Source: Pseudomonadota bacterium (GTDB lineage Bacteria; Bdellovibrionota; FAC87; UBA2466). From it: a DNA stretch of 64,000 nt. Both the position numbers and the translations under genes were made by a program. Under the pieces are notes generated by a model. The model was not told the DNA's origin, ran no database searches, and saw nothing but the letters and a program-made list of their open reading frames with translations. The stretch's first letter is position 1; each line of letters starts with the position of its first letter. This document shows, one piece after another, positions 63,670-64,000 of this stretch. The stretch covers positions 1 through 64,000 of the forward strand of contig JAYUGC010000058.1 in the NCBI GenBank assembly GCA_043767805.1, written 5' to 3'.

Positions 63670-64000
63670 CGACGACGACGAAAAAGAAGAAGTCTTCCCG
63701 CAAGGCCACGAAAAAGCGGGAGGCCGATCAACTGACCGCATTCTTAAACGAAGCCGCGGTCGCCGCTCCCACGCCCGAAGTGCTCGTTCCCGGAAAAGAT
63801 CAGGATTGGGTCGGCGAAAAGGTCGAACAGCTTCGCTCGCTCGCCGCGCTCCCCAAGAAGGAGCTCATCGGGCGCGCGGAAAAAGCCGTCGTGCAGCAAG
63901 CCCGCAAGTTTCTCAAGGCCAACGCGGAGTGCGGTATCTCCGTCTCGGGCCTAGTCCGGACCAGCGCTCTCTTCTTGCTCTCGTTTCCCTTGAAACGTCA
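63666..64000 (+). CDS. ParA partner with basic N-terminal tail and possible ribbon-helix-helix motif (runs off the window)
   Basis: ATGA overlap with parA; my translation is MTTTTKKKKSSRKATKKREADQLTAFL...QQARKFLKANAECGISVSGLVRTS, open to the window end; absent from the ORF track. Confidence 0.55.
   Translation, partial: MTTTTKKKKSSRKATKKREADQLTAFLNEAAVAAPTPEVLVPGKDQDWVGEKVEQLRSLAALPKKELIGRAEKAVVQQARKFLKANAECGISVSGLVRTSALFLLSFPLKR

Noticed and set aside
1..64000. tRNA, rRNA, integrase or transposase genes
   Set aside because: None recognised by eye; tRNAscan-SE and Infernal runs would be needed to exclude them formally

Overview
GC-rich (roughly 60% by eye) bacterial chromosomal segment. The gene content suggests a Bdellovibrionota/Myxococcota-like organism (inference): many secreted Cys-containing hypotheticals, secreted proteases, a TPR-wHTH regulator and many sigma-54 promoters. 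From start to end the window holds a chaperone-usher pilus locus with three DUF4402-like pilins, a four-repeat outer-membrane protein, glycosylation genes, a LytS/LytTR pair, a zincless Fpg, CheB / PAS-kinase / CheB-CheR signalling genes, stress genes (ferritin-like, BON, small hydrophilic protein), a Rad3/DinG helicase-nuclease, S8 and M14 peptidases, a radical SAM enzyme, class II aldolase + mtnA, a glycan-modification cluster and a parA gene with a small partner at the right edge. No rRNA, tRNA, CRISPR array or transposase was seen. The most notable non-annotated signals are: (i) a ~210-nt near-perfect hairpin with a 35-bp perfect core and strand-biased G-U pairs just upstream of parA; (ii) an A9 run that joins a TIGR01777 epimerase to an SRPBCC domain in the -1 frame; (iii) nine well-placed sigma-54 -24/-12 motifs; (iv) a 21-bp-period LytTR-type direct repeat; (v) a structured, terminator-ended RNA candidate at 37.5 kb; (vi) several pseudo-enzymes (His-less DHp, ligand-less SOD fold). 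All family calls come from motif recognition by eye; no searches were run.
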